Shown: in pieces, positions 29,240 to 38,801 of the stretch
Position numbering within the stretch: position 1 is the first letter of the stretch
Layout of the letters: each line of letters begins with the position of its first letter
NCBI GenBank assembly: GCA_963737265.1
Contig: CAVTRY010000023.1
Location: 288,001 to 352,000, forward strand
Direction of reading: 5' to 3'
Length of the DNA: 64,000 nucleotides
Origin: an uncultured delta proteobacterium
GTDB taxonomy: Bacteria > Myxococcota_A > Polyangia > Fen-1088
Notes under the pieces: model-generated
Database searches by the model: none
What the model was told of the DNA's origin: nothing
What the model saw: only the letters and a program-made list of their open reading frames with translations
Position numbers and translations under genes: made by a program

Positions 29240-30402
29240 TCCGTCGGATCGCGTTCGAAAAAGGACGTCGCGGAAGCGGCGTTCAGAGCGACCTGCGCCG
29301 AAAACGGCAGCAGGAATTCGGGAATTTTTTCGATTCCAGGCGCGACGATCTCGATTTGGTGGCGGGGCGAGGAAGCGAGCCACTCGCCGACGATTTCGCG
29401 TACGTCGTCATCGGCGAGGCTGTGCCCGATGACGATCAGGCGGTCGATCTGGTCGAGGTTCGCTCGGAAATACTCAAGGAACCTCCGCTGCGTAAGCTGA
29501 GGATAGGGATCAGTGAGGCGCGCCGCGCTGGCCAGCAGCGTGCGGCGCAGAAGCTGGGGCCGGTCGCTGGCGTCGAGGTAGGGGATCCGATTCATGAGTG
29601 CGACGGGATCGGGCACCAGGCTCGACACCAGGCCAGGATCGAGCAGCCCTTCATTGGCGATTTGAAGCGCATCAATGATGGCGTCGAAGGTCTCGTCGTC
29701 GGGCTTGAGCTTGAGCAGATCGCGCCCGTCGCCGAAAGCGAAAATATCGAGCGCGCCGTGAACCTTGAGCAGGTTGATCCCGCGCTCCCCGCGCGCAAAG
29801 AAAGGCAGGTGGCCATCGGCCAGCTCCCGGTCGGTCAGCACGTGCGCGGTGAGGGCCGCGATGGGCTGACCGGTGGCATTTCGACAAGGAAGCGCGATCG
29901 TGCGCCGGGAAAATCCACAATTCACGGGGATGCCGAAAAGGGCGGCGATGCACTCGACCAGCACGTCGTGGTTGAACGAAAAAATCCACAGCGGCCTGTT
30001 CTTCTCGGCCAGGGGCACGAGGCCGACGAAGTACTGCAAGCCCTCGCGAAAGGAATCGCGACGCTCGACCTGGCGGCGGTAGAGAATGAGGTACACGACC
30101 TGGGCCAGCCAAGCGTAGAGCCCATGATAGCTCTGCGCGAATCCTTCGCGAGCATCGTTGAGATATTGCGCCTCCAGGTGTCCGAGCAGCGCCTCGTAGT
30201 CGAAATCCGGCAATTCCAAAAATCGCGCCGTGTCCTCGATGACTTCGTCCGAGTGGCCATAGCCGCGCCCACGCCAAGTGGCGTTGAGCTTGCGTAGCGA
30301 AGCTGGCGTCAGCCAAGCGAGAATATCGGCGTTGATGTCCGAACGCAGGGGCATGCCCAGCTCGCGCGAGGCGCCTGCGCCAAGAAGGAGTGCGGTGAAC
30401 AC
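29233..30402 (-). CDS. SIR2-like (SIR2_2) domain protein
   Basis: LLLGAGAS, FSFNHDVLVE, LLKVHGALD, LIVIGHSLADDDV. Confidence 0.75.
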   Translation of the reverse strand: MFTALLLGAGASRELGMPLRSDINADILAWLTPASLRKLNATWRGRGYGHSDEVIEDTARFLELPDFDYEALLGHLEAQYLNDAREGFAQSYHGLYAWLAQVVYLILYRRQVERRDSFREGLQYFVGLVPLAEKNRPLWIFSFNHDVLVECIAALFGIPVNCGFSRRTIALPCRNATGQPIAALTAHVLTDRELADGHLPFFARGERGINLLKVHGALDIFAFGDGRDLLKLKPDDETFDAIIDALQIANEGLLDPGLVSSLVPDPVALMNRIPYLDASDRPQLLRRTLLASAARLTDPYPQLTQRRFLEYFRANLDQIDRLIVIGHSLADDDVREIVGEWLASSPRHQIEIVAPGIEKIPEFLLPFSAQVALNAASATSFFERDPTDY

Positions 30403-30461
30403 CGTTTGAAGGTCCTGGTTCTCGCCGTGGGGTGCCGCTGGGTCCTGTGGAGCGAGGCTGC

Positions 30462-31874
30462 CTAGGCTGCTGGCGCGGCTTTGCTGAGATAGCTATGAAT
30501 GCCGACCGCGGCCTTCTTGCCGTCGCCCATGGCCAGGATGACCGTGGCGCCGCCGCGCACGATGTCGCCGCCGGCGAACACGCCCGGCAGGTTGGTCATG
30601 CCGTTTTCGTCGGCGATGATGTTGCCCCACTTGTTCAATTGCAGCCCGGGCGTGGCTTGGGTCAGCAGCGGGTTCGACTTGGTGCCTACAGCCTCGATGA
30701 AGACCTGGCACGGAATCTCGAATTCGCTACCTGCGATGGCGACCGGCCGGCGACGGCCCGAGGCATCGGGTTCGCCGAGCCCCATGCGTTGGCAGCGCAC
30801 GGCGCGTACCCAACCCGCTTCGTCGCCCAAGACGGCGACCGGATTAGTCAGCATTTCGAAGCGAACGCCTTCTTCTTTGGCGTGGTGAACCTCTTCCACG
30901 CGCGCGGGCATTTCCTTTTCCGAACGGCGATAGACCAGGCACGAAGGATCGGCGCCCAGGCGGCGCGCGGTGCGCACGGCATCCATCGCGGTGTTGCCGC
31001 CGCCCACCACCACGACTCCTTGGCCACGCAACACGGGTGTGTCGGATTCCAGGCCTTTGTACGCGCTCATGAGATTCACGCGCGTCAGGTATTCGTTGGC
31101 GGAATACACGCCCTTGAGGTTTTCCCCGGGGATGTTCTGAAACACCGGCAGACCCGCGCCGTTGCCGACGAACACCGCGTGGAAACCCTGCTCTTTCAGC
31201 AAATCGTCGAGCGTCAAGGTCGTGCCGATGACGACGTTGCATTCGATCTTCACGCCCATCTCTTCCAGCGTCTTCACTTCCTGATCGACGATGGCCTTGG
31301 GCAGGCGGAACTCGGGAATGCCATACACCAGCACGCCGCCGGGCCGGTGCAGGGCCTCGAAAACCGTGACGTCGTAGCCCAGCTTGGCAAGCTCGCCCGC
31401 GCAGGTGAGGCCGGCGGGACCGCTGCCCACCACCGCGACCTTCTTCCCGGTCGACGGCGCGAGTAGTGTGGTGCGCTTGAGGTTGCCGCGCGCCCAATCC
31501 GCGACGTAGCGTTCGAGGTAGCCGATGGCGACCGGCTTACCCTTCTTGCCCACCAGGCACAATTCCTCGCACTGGGTTTCCTGCGGGCACACGCGCCCCG
31601 TGATGCCCGGCAAGACGTTGGCGGTGTAAAGAATATTGGCGGCGCGCTCCAGGTCGCCCTGTTCCACGGCGGCGATGAAGCCGGGGATGTCGATGCCGAC
31701 GGGACAGCCGGCCACGCATTCGTGGTTCTTGCAACACAAGCAGCGTTTCGCCTCGAGATTGGCCATCTCGGGCGGCAAGCCCAAATTCACTTCGCGAAAA
31801 TGCGCGGCGCGCTCGTGTGCTGGACTTTCCGGCATGGCCTGGCGCTGAATCTTCATTCGTTCGGAAGCTTTCAT
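30462..31874 (-). CDS. nfnB: NfnB/SudA-type NADPH-dependent flavo-FeS oxidoreductase (GltD-like)
   Basis: RCLCCKNHECVAGCPV, GRVCPQETQCE, GSGPAG, YGIPEFRLPK, GGGNTAMD, FAGGDIV. Confidence 0.88.
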   Translation of the reverse strand: MKASERMKIQRQAMPESPAHERAAHFREVNLGLPPEMANLEAKRCLCCKNHECVAGCPVGIDIPGFIAAVEQGDLERAANILYTANVLPGITGRVCPQETQCEELCLVGKKGKPVAIGYLERYVADWARGNLKRTTLLAPSTGKKVAVVGSGPAGLTCAGELAKLGYDVTVFEALHRPGGVLVYGIPEFRLPKAIVDQEVKTLEEMGVKIECNVVIGTTLTLDDLLKEQGFHAVFVGNGAGLPVFQNIPGENLKGVYSANEYLTRVNLMSAYKGLESDTPVLRGQGVVVVGGGNTAMDAVRTARRLGADPSCLVYRRSEKEMPARVEEVHHAKEEGVRFEMLTNPVAVLGDEAGWVRAVRCQRMGLGEPDASGRRRPVAIAGSEFEIPCQVFIEAVGTKSNPLLTQATPGLQLNKWGNIIADENGMTNLPGVFAGGDIVRGGATVILAMGDGKKAAVGIHSYLSKAAPAA

Positions 31875-31928
31875 GGATACCTCGGGCGACAAGGGCAACA
31901 AAGATGGCGGGAATCGGAACGTTCGTAA

Positions 31929-32816
31929 CTACTTGACTTCGGGTGCCTTGACCTCGGCCAAGGCGGCTTGCAGCTTGCATTGATGCTCTTCGTCAGTTTG
32001 CAGGCGAGCCCAAATGCTGCGTTCGTGATCGCGGTAGGCGGACAAGCGGTCGGTGAGCGACGCGAAATCGACTTCGTGCGCGTTGAACTCGGGACCGTCG
32101 ACGCACGCGAAGAGGTTCTTTCCACCCACGGTTACGCGGCATCCGCCGCACATGCCCGTGCCGTCCACCATGATCGGGTTGAGCGATGCAATGGTCAGAA
32201 TGCCCTTCGGCCGTGTGACCTCGGCGATGGCCCGCATCATGGGCACCGGTCCCGCGGTGATGACCGCGTTCACCGGCAGCGCTGGATCCGCGATCAGCTC
32301 GCCAAGCTTGCCGGTGACGAATCCGTTGTAGCCATAGCTGCCATCGTCGGTGCAGGGATAGACCGCGTCGCAAATGGCCTTTAGCTCCTGTTCGAGAATT
32401 ACATAGGGCTTCGACCTCCCGCCCATGATGGCGGTCACGCGGTTGCCCTTGCCTTTCAGCGCCGCTGCCTGCGGATAGATGACCGCTGTGCCCACTCCGC
32501 CACCGACAAGCACCACATGACCGAAATGCTCGATCTCGGTGGCCTTGCCGAGCGGTCCCACGACGTCGGACAGGGCATCGCAGTCCTGAAGCGAACACAA
32601 CCGTTCGGTGGTGGCGCCAATAACCTGGATGACTAGCGTAATGGTGCCGCGCTTGGCGTCGCTGTCGGCAATAGTCAACGGAACGCGTTCGCCGCCGCCA
32701 TAGGCCCGAACGATCACGAAGTGCCCAGGCCGGTGACGGGCGGCCACCCTCGGCGCTTCAACTTCAAGCCGGCGAACCTTGGGAGCGAGCCATTGGGAGT
32801 TGAGGATACGAAACAT
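31929..32816 (-). CDS. nfnA: NfnA/SudB-type ferredoxin-NADP reductase-like subunit
   Basis: GERVPLTIAD, GPLG, GGGVG, TDDGSYG, MVDGTGMCGGCRV..CVDGPEF. Confidence 0.88.
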   Translation of the reverse strand: MFRILNSQWLAPKVRRLEVEAPRVAARHRPGHFVIVRAYGGGERVPLTIADSDAKRGTITLVIQVIGATTERLCSLQDCDALSDVVGPLGKATEIEHFGHVVLVGGGVGTAVIYPQAAALKGKGNRVTAIMGGRSKPYVILEQELKAICDAVYPCTDDGSYGYNGFVTGKLGELIADPALPVNAVITAGPVPMMRAIAEVTRPKGILTIASLNPIMVDGTGMCGGCRVTVGGKNLFACVDGPEFNAHEVDFASLTDRLSAYRDHERSIWARLQTDEEHQCKLQAALAEVKAPEVK

Positions 32817-33011
32817 CGAAATACCTCGCTGAGAGTCGAAAAGCGTTGAAGCTTACTCCACTCTCGCGCTTGCGTTCATCCAAAATGAGCTACCTTCCGC
32901 ACCGGGCTAGCGCGCGGAAATCATTCACCTAGTTACTTACGATTCCTATCCGGGCTAAAATCGGGCCGATGCAACCATCTGCTGGCCGTCGCTGGTCAAG
33001 CTTGGGACGTC

Positions 33012-36000
33012 GTGCCTCCGCCTAACCAACCCAAACCAAACCTCGACGGTCGATTTCGCCTAGAAAGCGAACGCATCGCGGGAGGCATGGGAACGGTCTA
33101 CCGCGCCGTGGATCTGTCCACTGGCGAAACCGTCGCGGTGAAGATCTCGTCCAGCATGGGTTCGCAGCTTGGCGAGCGCTTCCAGCAAGAGGCGAACTGT
33201 CTGGCCGGAATCGCACATCCGGCGATCGTGCGCTACATCGCGCACGGCAAGACCGCCCATGGCGAACACTACCTGGTCATGGAATGGCTCGACGGCGAAA
33301 CCCTGGAGGATCGGCTGGGACGCGGGCCCATCAGCATGGGAGCAAGCGTGCAGATGATCCGCCGCGTCGGCGAAGCCCTCAGCGCCGCCCATAAGCGGGG
33401 CGTCATCCATCGCGACATCAAACCGGCGAACATCTTCTTGCCGGGTAAGGACATGTCCAAGATCAAGCTGCTCGATTTCGGCATCGCGCGGCGGCTGTTC
33501 GACCCGGCGTCGCTGCGTCTGACCCAAGCGGGCTCGGCGCTGGGCACGCCGATGTACATGTCGCCCGAGCAGGCGCAGGGCTCGCTTGACGTCGACGCCC
33601 GCGCCGACATCTTCGCGCTCGGCTGCGTGTTCTTCGAGTGCCTGACCGGGTCGCCGCCCTTCATGGCCGAGAGCACGACGGCCACCCTGGCCAAGGTGGC
33701 CTCCGACGACGACCTGGACGTGGACGCCAAATGCCCCGGCGTGCCCGCGCGCCTCACCGGTCTGCTTGCGCGCATGCTGGCCAAGCGGGCTGAAGAACGA
33801 CCGGCCTCGATGACCGAGGTCTTGGAAGTGTTGGCCACGGTCACCGCCGAGTTGCGCCTGACCGGCGTGTACCCGGTGGTGAAGAAACAGCGCTTCGTTG
33901 TCGCCGACGCGCCGTGGCTGGTGGCCACCGGCGAACGTCGACTGGTGTCGGTCATTGTGGTTTCGTCCGGGAGCCCGTCGCTTCCATCGGCGCACATCGA
34001 CCCGCGCGCCACGGTCGCCGATCTCGGGAACATCCTGGCTCGCGACCTGTCCGACGCGGAATTCGACGACTCCAGGCTCGACGCGGTTTCGCGCGACATC
34101 GCCCCATTCGGTGCGCACATTCAGCGCCTTGCCAACGGCGCTCTGGTCGTGACTCTTACCGGCGACGTCCAAACCACGCCCCTCGATCTCGCCGTCCGGG
34201 TTGCGCGCTGTGGGCTCAAACTGAAAGGCGCGCGGCGAGGATCCTCGCTCGGCATCAGCTTGGGTCACGCCATCAAGCAAGACGAGCTGCGCACCGGCGA
34301 CCTCATCGACAGCGCCGCGCACCTGGTCAGCAACGAGCACGTGGGCTCGATCCACGTCAACGACGAGATCAAGCGCCTGCTCGACGCGCGCTTCGAAATC
34401 GTGACCGAACCGGACGGCCGCGCGCGCTTGCTCTTCGAAAAAGGTCTGCGCGAAGCCCCGCGTACCGTGCTCGGCAAGGAAATCCCCTGCGTCGGCCGCG
34501 ATCGGGAGGTGCGCAATCTGGAGGGATTTTTCGAGGAATGCGTGGACGAGCCCGCGGCCCAGGTGGTGATCGTCAGCGGCTCCGCGGGTTGCGGTAAGTC
34601 GCGTGTCGCCCACGAATTTCTCGAACGCGTGCGCGACGCCGGCCACGCCTTCGAGCTGCTCATCGGCCGCGGCGATCCCATGCGCGCCAACGTATCGCTC
34701 GGCCTGGTGGGGCAAGCCGTGCGCGGCGCCGCCGGCATCAGCGGCACCGAGCCCGACGAGGTTCAGCGCAAACGCCTGTTCGCCCACACCTCGCGTTTCC
34801 TGCCCGCCAAGAGCGCGGCGACCACGGTGGCGTTTCTGGGCGAAATCGCCAACATTCGCTTTGCCGACGACGATCTTCCGCAACTTCGCGCCGCCCGCCG
34901 GGACGCGCGTCTCATGGCCGACCAGACCATGGGCGCGTGGGTGGATTGGCTGGAAGCGGAAGCCGGCCACCACTCGGTGTTGCTGTTTTTCGAGGATCTG
35001 CACTGGGGCGATTTCGCCAGCGCGAACTACGTCGACCAGGCATTGCGCGTCCTGCGCGGAAAGCCGCTCATGGTGCTGGCCCTGGCGCGGCCCGAGGTCG
35101 ACGAGCGTTTCTATGGGCTGTGGCGCGAGCGACACGTGCAGCGCATTTCCCTGCCACCCATGACCACCCGGGCCGCGCAGGAAATGATCCGACGAATCTT
35201 GGGCGATTTGGCGCCCGAAAAGGTGGCGTGGATGGTCGATCACGCCCAGGGCAATCCTTTCTATCTGGAGGAATTGGCGCGCGTCGTGGCCGCGGGCCAG
35301 GATCTCGCGGCGATTCCGGACACCGTGCTCGGCATGGTGCAGGTGCGCTTCGATGCCGTCGGCGAGGGGTCGCGGCTGGTGCTGCGCGCGGCGAGCATCT
35401 TCGGCCAAAGCTTCACCGCCGCCGGCGTGAAAGCGCTGGTCGGCGATATGGACGACGACGATATCGATCGCTGGCTGGAGATTTTGGTCGACAAGGAAAT
35501 CCTGTTTTCCCGGCCCACGGGCGACACGCACCAACTCGTGTTTCGGCACGCACTTCTCTACCAGGCCGCCCACGCCATGCTGTCGCCCAAGGACGAGGTG
35601 GCCGGACACTGCCTGGCCGGCTTCTTCTTGGAAGAGGCCGGCGAGCGCGACGCCATCGTGCTGGCCGACCACTTCGAGAAAGGCCAGAAGCCCGAGCGCG
35701 CCGTGCGCTGGCTGCGCGTCGCCGCCAACCAGGCCATGGAGGTCGACGACCTCAAGTCGGCCCTCGATCGCGTGGAGCGTGGCGTGCGCCTGGGCGCACA
35801 GGGCGACGACTTGGCGGAATTGCACGTGGTCGAGGCGGAGGCGCGTTTCTGGAAGGGTGAATACGCGGAAGCCGAGTGCGCAGCCCGCGAGGCACGGAAG
35901 TGCGAGGATCCCAAGCTGGCACTCAGGGCAATCAGCGCGCTCATTCAAGGACTGGGGCCACAAGCCAAGTACGAAGAAATCGGCCAACTCGACCGGGATC

Positions 36001-36980
36001 TCCAAGAAAGGCCGGCACAACCTGAGCTACTAAAAGCGTGGCTCGAATGCAGGGTGTATTGCACAGGCTATCTCGCCAACGCCGGCCAGTTCGGGGCCAG
36101 AGAACGCACCTTGAAATTGCTGGAGGCGGAGCGAGACAACCTGGATCCATTTCTCATCGGTCGCGCCGAGAGCATGAAGGCGCACCTGGCCCGGACCGAG
36201 GATCGACCGGCAGACTTCGCTTCTGGTTCTAGCAGCGCATCAGAGTTTTTCGAGAGCATTGGTCACAGGCGGGCGGCTACTGAAGCCCTTGGAAACTCCG
36301 GCGGTGCCCTCATGGAACTGGGTCAACTTGAAGAGGCAGAGGCGCAAATGAGAAGACTGTGGGCAATCGCGGAAAGGATGGGCTTGAACCACCTATTGGG
36401 TGGAACACTCTACACTTTGTCGAATATTCTCGCTTACCGAGGATGCCTGGACGAAGCCCGCAGCTTCGGCGAGCGCGCAGTTAAGTGGACCGCTGAAAAT
36501 AGCGATCAGTACTTTGGTAGCTACGCCCAGCTCTATTTGTCCGTAATCGAACACTTGGCGGAGAATTTCCCGGACGCCGAGCAGCATGCGCGGGTGGCAC
36601 TCGAGATGCTTGAGAACAATCCCGCTCTGCGGCCATTTGGCCTGGCTCTGCTAGCCCGATCTCTGCGTGGCCAAGGCTTAATCGTCGAAGCCCTCGCGCA
36701 GGCGCGGGGCGCCTACACTCAACTGGAGGAGCTTGGCCAGGTTCAGGACGGCGAGACCACGATCCGTCTGGCCTTTGCGGAGTGCCTGGTAGCTTCTTCT
36801 GATTTGGCGGCAGCCAGGGAGGTTGTCGAGAAGGCCGTGAAACGCCTTCTCAAGCAGGCCAGCAGCATCGACATTTCCGACTGGCGCCAGGCCTTTCTAA
36901 CCCGAATTCCCGAGCATCTCCGCATTCTCGAATTGGCACGCGAATTGGGAGTTGCCGAATGGAACGAATTGTACAATTAG
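33012..36980 (+). CDS. Ser/Thr kinase - degenerate cyclase - AAA/STAND-like ATPase - TPR protein
   Basis: GGMGTVY, VAVK, HRDIKPAN, DFG, GTPMYMSPE; GSAGCGKS Walker A; FFEDLHW Walker B; GNPFYLEE; helical TPR-like C-terminus. Confidence 0.9.
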   Translation: MPPPNQPKPNLDGRFRLESERIAGGMGTVYRAVDLSTGETVAVKISSSMGSQLGERFQQEANCLAGIAHPAIVRYIAHGKTAHGEHYLVMEWLDGETLEDRLGRGPISMGASVQMIRRVGEALSAAHKRGVIHRDIKPANIFLPGKDMSKIKLLDFGIARRLFDPASLRLTQAGSALGTPMYMSPEQAQGSLDVDARADIFALGCVFFECLTGSPPFMAESTTATLAKVASDDDLDVDAKCPGVPARLTGLLARMLAKRAEERPASMTEVLEVLATVTAELRLTGVYPVVKKQRFVVADAPWLVATGERRLVSVIVVSSGSPSLPSAHIDPRATVADLGNILARDLSDAEFDDSRLDAVSRDIAPFGAHIQRLANGALVVTLTGDVQTTPLDLAVRVARCGLKLKGARRGSSLGISLGHAIKQDELRTGDLIDSAAHLVSNEHVGSIHVNDEIKRLLDARFEIVTEPDGRARLLFEKGLREAPRTVLGKEIPCVGRDREVRNLEGFFEECVDEPAAQVVIVSGSAGCGKSRVAHEFLERVRDAGHAFELLIGRGDPMRANVSLGLVGQAVRGAAGISGTEPDEVQRKRLFAHTSRFLPAKSAATTVAFLGEIANIRFADDDLPQLRAARRDARLMADQTMGAWVDWLEAEAGHHSVLLFFEDLHWGDFASANYVDQALRVLRGKPLMVLALARPEVDERFYGLWRERHVQRISLPPMTTRAAQEMIRRILGDLAPEKVAWMVDHAQGNPFYLEELARVVAAGQDLAAIPDTVLGMVQVRFDAVGEGSRLVLRAASIFGQSFTAAGVKALVGDMDDDDIDRWLEILVDKEILFSRPTGDTHQLVFRHALLYQAAHAMLSPKDEVAGHCLAGFFLEEAGERDAIVLADHFEKGQKPERAVRWLRVAANQAMEVDDLKSALDRVERGVRLGAQGDDLAELHVVEAEARFWKGEYAEAECAAREARKCEDPKLALRAISALIQGLGPQAKYEEIGQLDRDLQERPAQPELLKAWLECRVYCTGYLANAGQFGARERTLKLLEAERDNLDPFLIGRAESMKAHLARTEDRPADFASGSSSASEFFESIGHRRAATEALGNSGGALMELGQLEEAEAQMRRLWAIAERMGLNHLLGGTLYTLSNILAYRGCLDEARSFGERAVKWTAENSDQYFGSYAQLYLSVIEHLAENFPDAEQHARVALEMLENNPALRPFGLALLARSLRGQGLIVEALAQARGAYTQLEELGQVQDGETTIRLAFAECLVASSDLAAAREVVEKAVKRLLKQASSIDISDWRQAFLTRIPEHLRILELARELGVAEWNELYN

Positions 36981-37021
36981 ACAATCACAATTGACCAATT
37001 CGCCTGTGCAATGCCAGAAAT

Positions 37022-37055
37022 GAGAAACGCCGTCCACTAGTGGACGGCGTTTCTC
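37022..37055. terminator. Perfect 34-bp palindrome, bidirectional terminator
   Basis: GAGAAACGCCGTCCACT-AGTGGACGGCGTTTCTC between convergent kinase and peptide genes. Confidence 0.8.
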
Positions 37056-37085
37056 GATCTGATTCACCACAGTCGGGTGAACTAC

Positions 37086-37154
37086 CTAGTGAGGCCAGTG
37101 GCCGCCGCCGCTGCGAACCTTGCTCTTTACCTTGAGACCCTTTTTGTTAGCCAT
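37086..37154 (-). CDS. 22-aa peptide MANKKGLKVKSKVRSGGGHWPH (candidate RiPP precursor / signal peptide)
   Basis: Below ORF-track cutoff; AAAGGAG 7 nt before ATG, CA-rich unstructured leader, terminator downstream. Confidence 0.8.
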   Translation of the reverse strand: MANKKGLKVKSKVRSGGGHWPH

Positions 37155-37238
37155 GATACTGCTCCTTTGTTGTTGGTTGGTTGCTGCACTGACAAGTCCA
37201 TTGGAACGCCGATTCGTGACGGGAACAAGTCAGAAGTG

Positions 37239-37271
37239 TGACGATTCGTCAGACATCTGACGTTTTTGCCA
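37239..37271. promoter_or_regulatory. Paired TGAC-N5-GTCA operator, proximal (second half degenerate)
   Basis: TGACGATTCGTCA-GACATC-TGACGTTTTTGCCA. Confidence 0.5.
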
Positions 37272-37350
37272 CCGAAAGCGCAAAAGACGCCGAAAAACAA
37301 GGCATCTCCGATGCTCGTCGAGCCAAGAAAACGCGTCATCGTCATGAACT

Positions 37351-37382
37351 TGACAGATCGTCAGATATTTGACGATCTGTCA
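37351..37382. promoter_or_regulatory. Paired TGAC-N5-GTCA operator, distal (perfect inverted repeat)
   Basis: TGACAGATCGTCA-GATATT-TGACGATCTGTCA. Confidence 0.6.
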
Positions 37383-37453
37383 TTTCAATGGCTTGGCGGA
37401 CGATGGCGCACGAGTCGTCATGCGGTTGGCACCCGCGGAGTGTCAGAGGCGCA

Positions 37454-37550
37454 AATTCGCCAGAAATCTGGCTCGCCCAACCCCATTTTGGATGCTTCTT
37501 GCGTCCATCCTGGGTGCAGGCATGAATCGACACTCTCCGGGCACGTAGCT
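37454..37550 (+). repeat. 97-bp direct repeat, copy 1: tRNA-Arg promoter plus first 12 nt of the tRNA
   Basis: Aligns to 41792-41889 with few mismatches; ends GGGCACGTAGCT. Confidence 0.9.
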
Positions 37551-37559
37551 GGTCCGGAG

Positions 37560-38783
37560 CTAGTCAGGCTTTCTCGCCCTGAAAAAGCATCGGATCATCT
37601 CGCCCCGTGCGAGTAGCTTCTTCTCCACACCGAACTCTTCCAGCCATTGGCCGACAGCATCCTTGCCAAGGTCTCCCTCGAGGGCGATTCGGTTGCCTTG
37701 CGTGAAGCGCAGGTATTTTTCCACGATTTCGGCAAACCCGGGTGTCCCATCCTCGACGAGGATGTCGCCAAACCCAGCGCAAGACAGCGTGTCGGCCAAG
37801 TGCTTCGCGGTCGCCATAAAGGGGCCGCACACGAGGGCATCGCTGATCCCATGGTCCGTACTTGGACAGGTCGCGTAGAATAGGAACCATCCACCCGGCC
37901 GCAGAACGCGAAAAGCTTCGCTGGCACAGCTCGCGAAATCCGAGATGAAGTAGGAAAAGTCCGCGCCCACCACGGCCACGAATTGCGCGTCGGGCAGGGT
38001 AGTTCCATCGTCCATATCCTCCAGCCGGCTGGCATGGCCGCGAAATCCGCGAACATGGTCCATCCGTTTGGCCCGCGCAGCCATGGTCAGAGAAAGAAGC
38101 GCGACCGCGGAGGGATCCAGCGCAACCACGCTCATGCACAGTTGCGTGGCGATTTCGAATGCCAGACCGCCGCAACCGGCACCGATTTCAAGCACGGCGT
38201 CGGAAAACGCCGGCCTCGACTCCCTGGGGCCAAGCACCTCCAACACCCGAGCAATCTCCTTCGCGCTGAGAAAGCTGTACTGGCCCACATCCGCGCCCAG
38301 AACCTGGTCGTTGACCTTGGACATCCACGGGCTGATCGCGTTGCGAAGGAAAGCACGGTCGAAGAAGCAGCGCGACCGTTTCTCCACATACGCCATGGCG
38401 CGCGCGGCACCATACGCTGCTTCTTGGCCTATCTTCTCCGGTAGCGCACAAAGAGGGAACCACCGCCATTGGACATTCTTCGAGGGATCCAAAGGAGCGG
38501 CTGTACCGGGTGTATCCAACAGCACCACCAAGGAGACGGCGCGTTCTCCGTGGCTCAGACGGTGATCCAGCACCTCGCGATTCCCTTCGAAGGGAAATCC
38601 AGTGTTCTCCAAGAGGCATCGCTTGGCCGCCGCGAGGACGTCCTCGCCATCCCGCAGATCGGTCAGCGGAATATTCCACGGAGGCCGCCGCGCACCCGCG
38701 GGCTGAAACGCCCGGCCGAGCAAGAGATGGCTCTGCCTCAGCACGACGACATCGACCCCTACGCGCCATCCTGATGTAGGCAC
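37560..38783 (-). CDS. Degenerate NUDIX domain fused to class I SAM methyltransferase
   Basis: VGVDVVV..LLLGR..W.IP..GEDVLAAAKRCLLENTG..WRWF; VLEIGAGCGG motif I, FRVLRPGG, AGF; GGAGG RBS. Confidence 0.75.
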   Translation of the reverse strand: MPTSGWRVGVDVVVLRQSHLLLGRAFQPAGARRPPWNIPLTDLRDGEDVLAAAKRCLLENTGFPFEGNREVLDHRLSHGERAVSLVVLLDTPGTAAPLDPSKNVQWRWFPLCALPEKIGQEAAYGAARAMAYVEKRSRCFFDRAFLRNAISPWMSKVNDQVLGADVGQYSFLSAKEIARVLEVLGPRESRPAFSDAVLEIGAGCGGLAFEIATQLCMSVVALDPSAVALLSLTMAARAKRMDHVRGFRGHASRLEDMDDGTTLPDAQFVAVVGADFSYFISDFASCASEAFRVLRPGGWFLFYATCPSTDHGISDALVCGPFMATAKHLADTLSCAGFGDILVEDGTPGFAEIVEKYLRFTQGNRIALEGDLGKDAVGQWLEEFGVEKKLLARGEMIRCFFRARKPD

Positions 38784-38801
38784 ATCGCCCTCCGGCCAGG
38801 T

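Noticed and set aside
30462-31874. Glutamate synthase small subunit gltD
   Set aside because: No gltB; paired with an NfnA/SudB-like gene, so called NfnB.
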